Origin: a bacterium
GTDB taxonomy: Bacteria; Bacillota_I; Bacilli_A; RFN20; CAG-826
NCBI GenBank assembly: GCA_963651445.1
Contig: CAVJPU010000007.1
Location: 33 to 64,032 of the forward strand
Direction: 5' to 3'
Length of the DNA: 64,000 bases
In this document: piece after piece, positions 63,734 through 64,000 of the stretch
Layout of the letters: each line of letters opens with the position of its first letter
Numbering within the stretch: the first letter of the stretch is position 1
Position numbers and translations under genes: made by a program
The notes under the pieces: generated by a model
What the model saw: the letters and a program-made list of their open reading frames with translations, nothing else
Told to the model about the DNA's origin: nothing
The model's database searches: none

Positions 63734-64000
63734 TTAATTTTCAGTTGGAACATTTATTGTAATGCCAGGTCTAACGCCTTCATATTTATCAACATAATAA
63801 TCTTTATAAATACCATATGTGTTGTCACCTTCTCTTCCAGAGAATAAACTACCCCAATATTCAACTAAAGAAGCTTGAGTAGATACTTTATCAATTGGTG
63901 AGCGAGTATAATAACTTCCACATCTAGAATAGTCAGTACCAGAATACATTTGAATACTTTTTGCTAAAGAATAATCTGTTACTTGACATCTTAAAGATGC
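63734..64000 (-). CDS. C-terminal part of a second DUF6273-like secreted protein (5' end outside the window)
   Basis: The frame is open to the window edge (ASLRCQVTDYSLAKS...). YYTRSP and GVRPGITINV parallel the YWTRSP and SVRPAMTI of the gene at 61068-62759. Very AT-rich. Confidence 0.7.
   Translation of the reverse strand, partial: ASLRCQVTDYSLAKSIQMYSGTDYSRCGSYYTRSPIDKVSTQASLVEYWGSLFSGREGDNTYGIYKDYYVDKYEGVRPGITINVPTEN

Overview
64-kb window from a low-GC Gram-positive or Mollicutes-like (Bacillota-type) chromosome. It uses the standard bacterial code: TGA acts as a stop in several ATGA gene overlaps and TGG encodes Trp. About 90% of the genes are on the minus strand in tightly packed operons. 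Housekeeping content: pyrG, gltX, deoD, cdaA, xth, galM, a ROK kinase and 7 tRNA genes (Gly-GCC, Glu-CUC, Gly-CCC, Val-GAC, Thr-CGU, Leu-CAA, Arg-CCG). Transport content: two CNNM/DUF21-CBS paralogs, a Liv-type ABC system, a Znu/Tro-type metal ABC system, feoA-feoA-feoB, a CaCA exchanger and two further ABC systems. There are many large surface or lipoproteins: Cthe_2159-like beta-helix, GLUG-repeat, TasA-signal/DUF6273, C39-like peptidase and an 800-aa lipoprotein. No transposase, integrase, CRISPR array or rRNA was seen. Five observations stand out. (1) A sigma-factor-less partner-switching cluster at 38.9-43.3 kb: a LytS-5TM/Cache/HAMP sensor fused to both a PP2C phosphatase and an RsbW-like kinase, a STAS protein, and an unusual STAS-APH/protein-kinase-like fusion. 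It lies directly downstream of, and co-directional with, a lipoprotein plus an atypical ABC exporter operon at 43.3-50.5 kb. (2) A G9 homopolymer separates a perfect lipoprotein signal peptide from the 1012-aa GLUG surface protein ORF. This is either a phase-variation OFF state or a homopolymer assembly error. (3) An AT-rich fic gene is bracketed by two copies of a 31-bp palindromic element, next to a tRNA cluster. (4) A shared GTTAG-N6-CTAAC palindrome occurs twice upstream of the feo operon and once upstream of the CaCA gene. (5) An alpha/beta hydrolase and a KAS III-like enzyme head a Liv-type ABC operon whose LivG carries a long coiled-coil N-terminal extension. All calls rest on reading the translations and sequence by eye. 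No database search was run.
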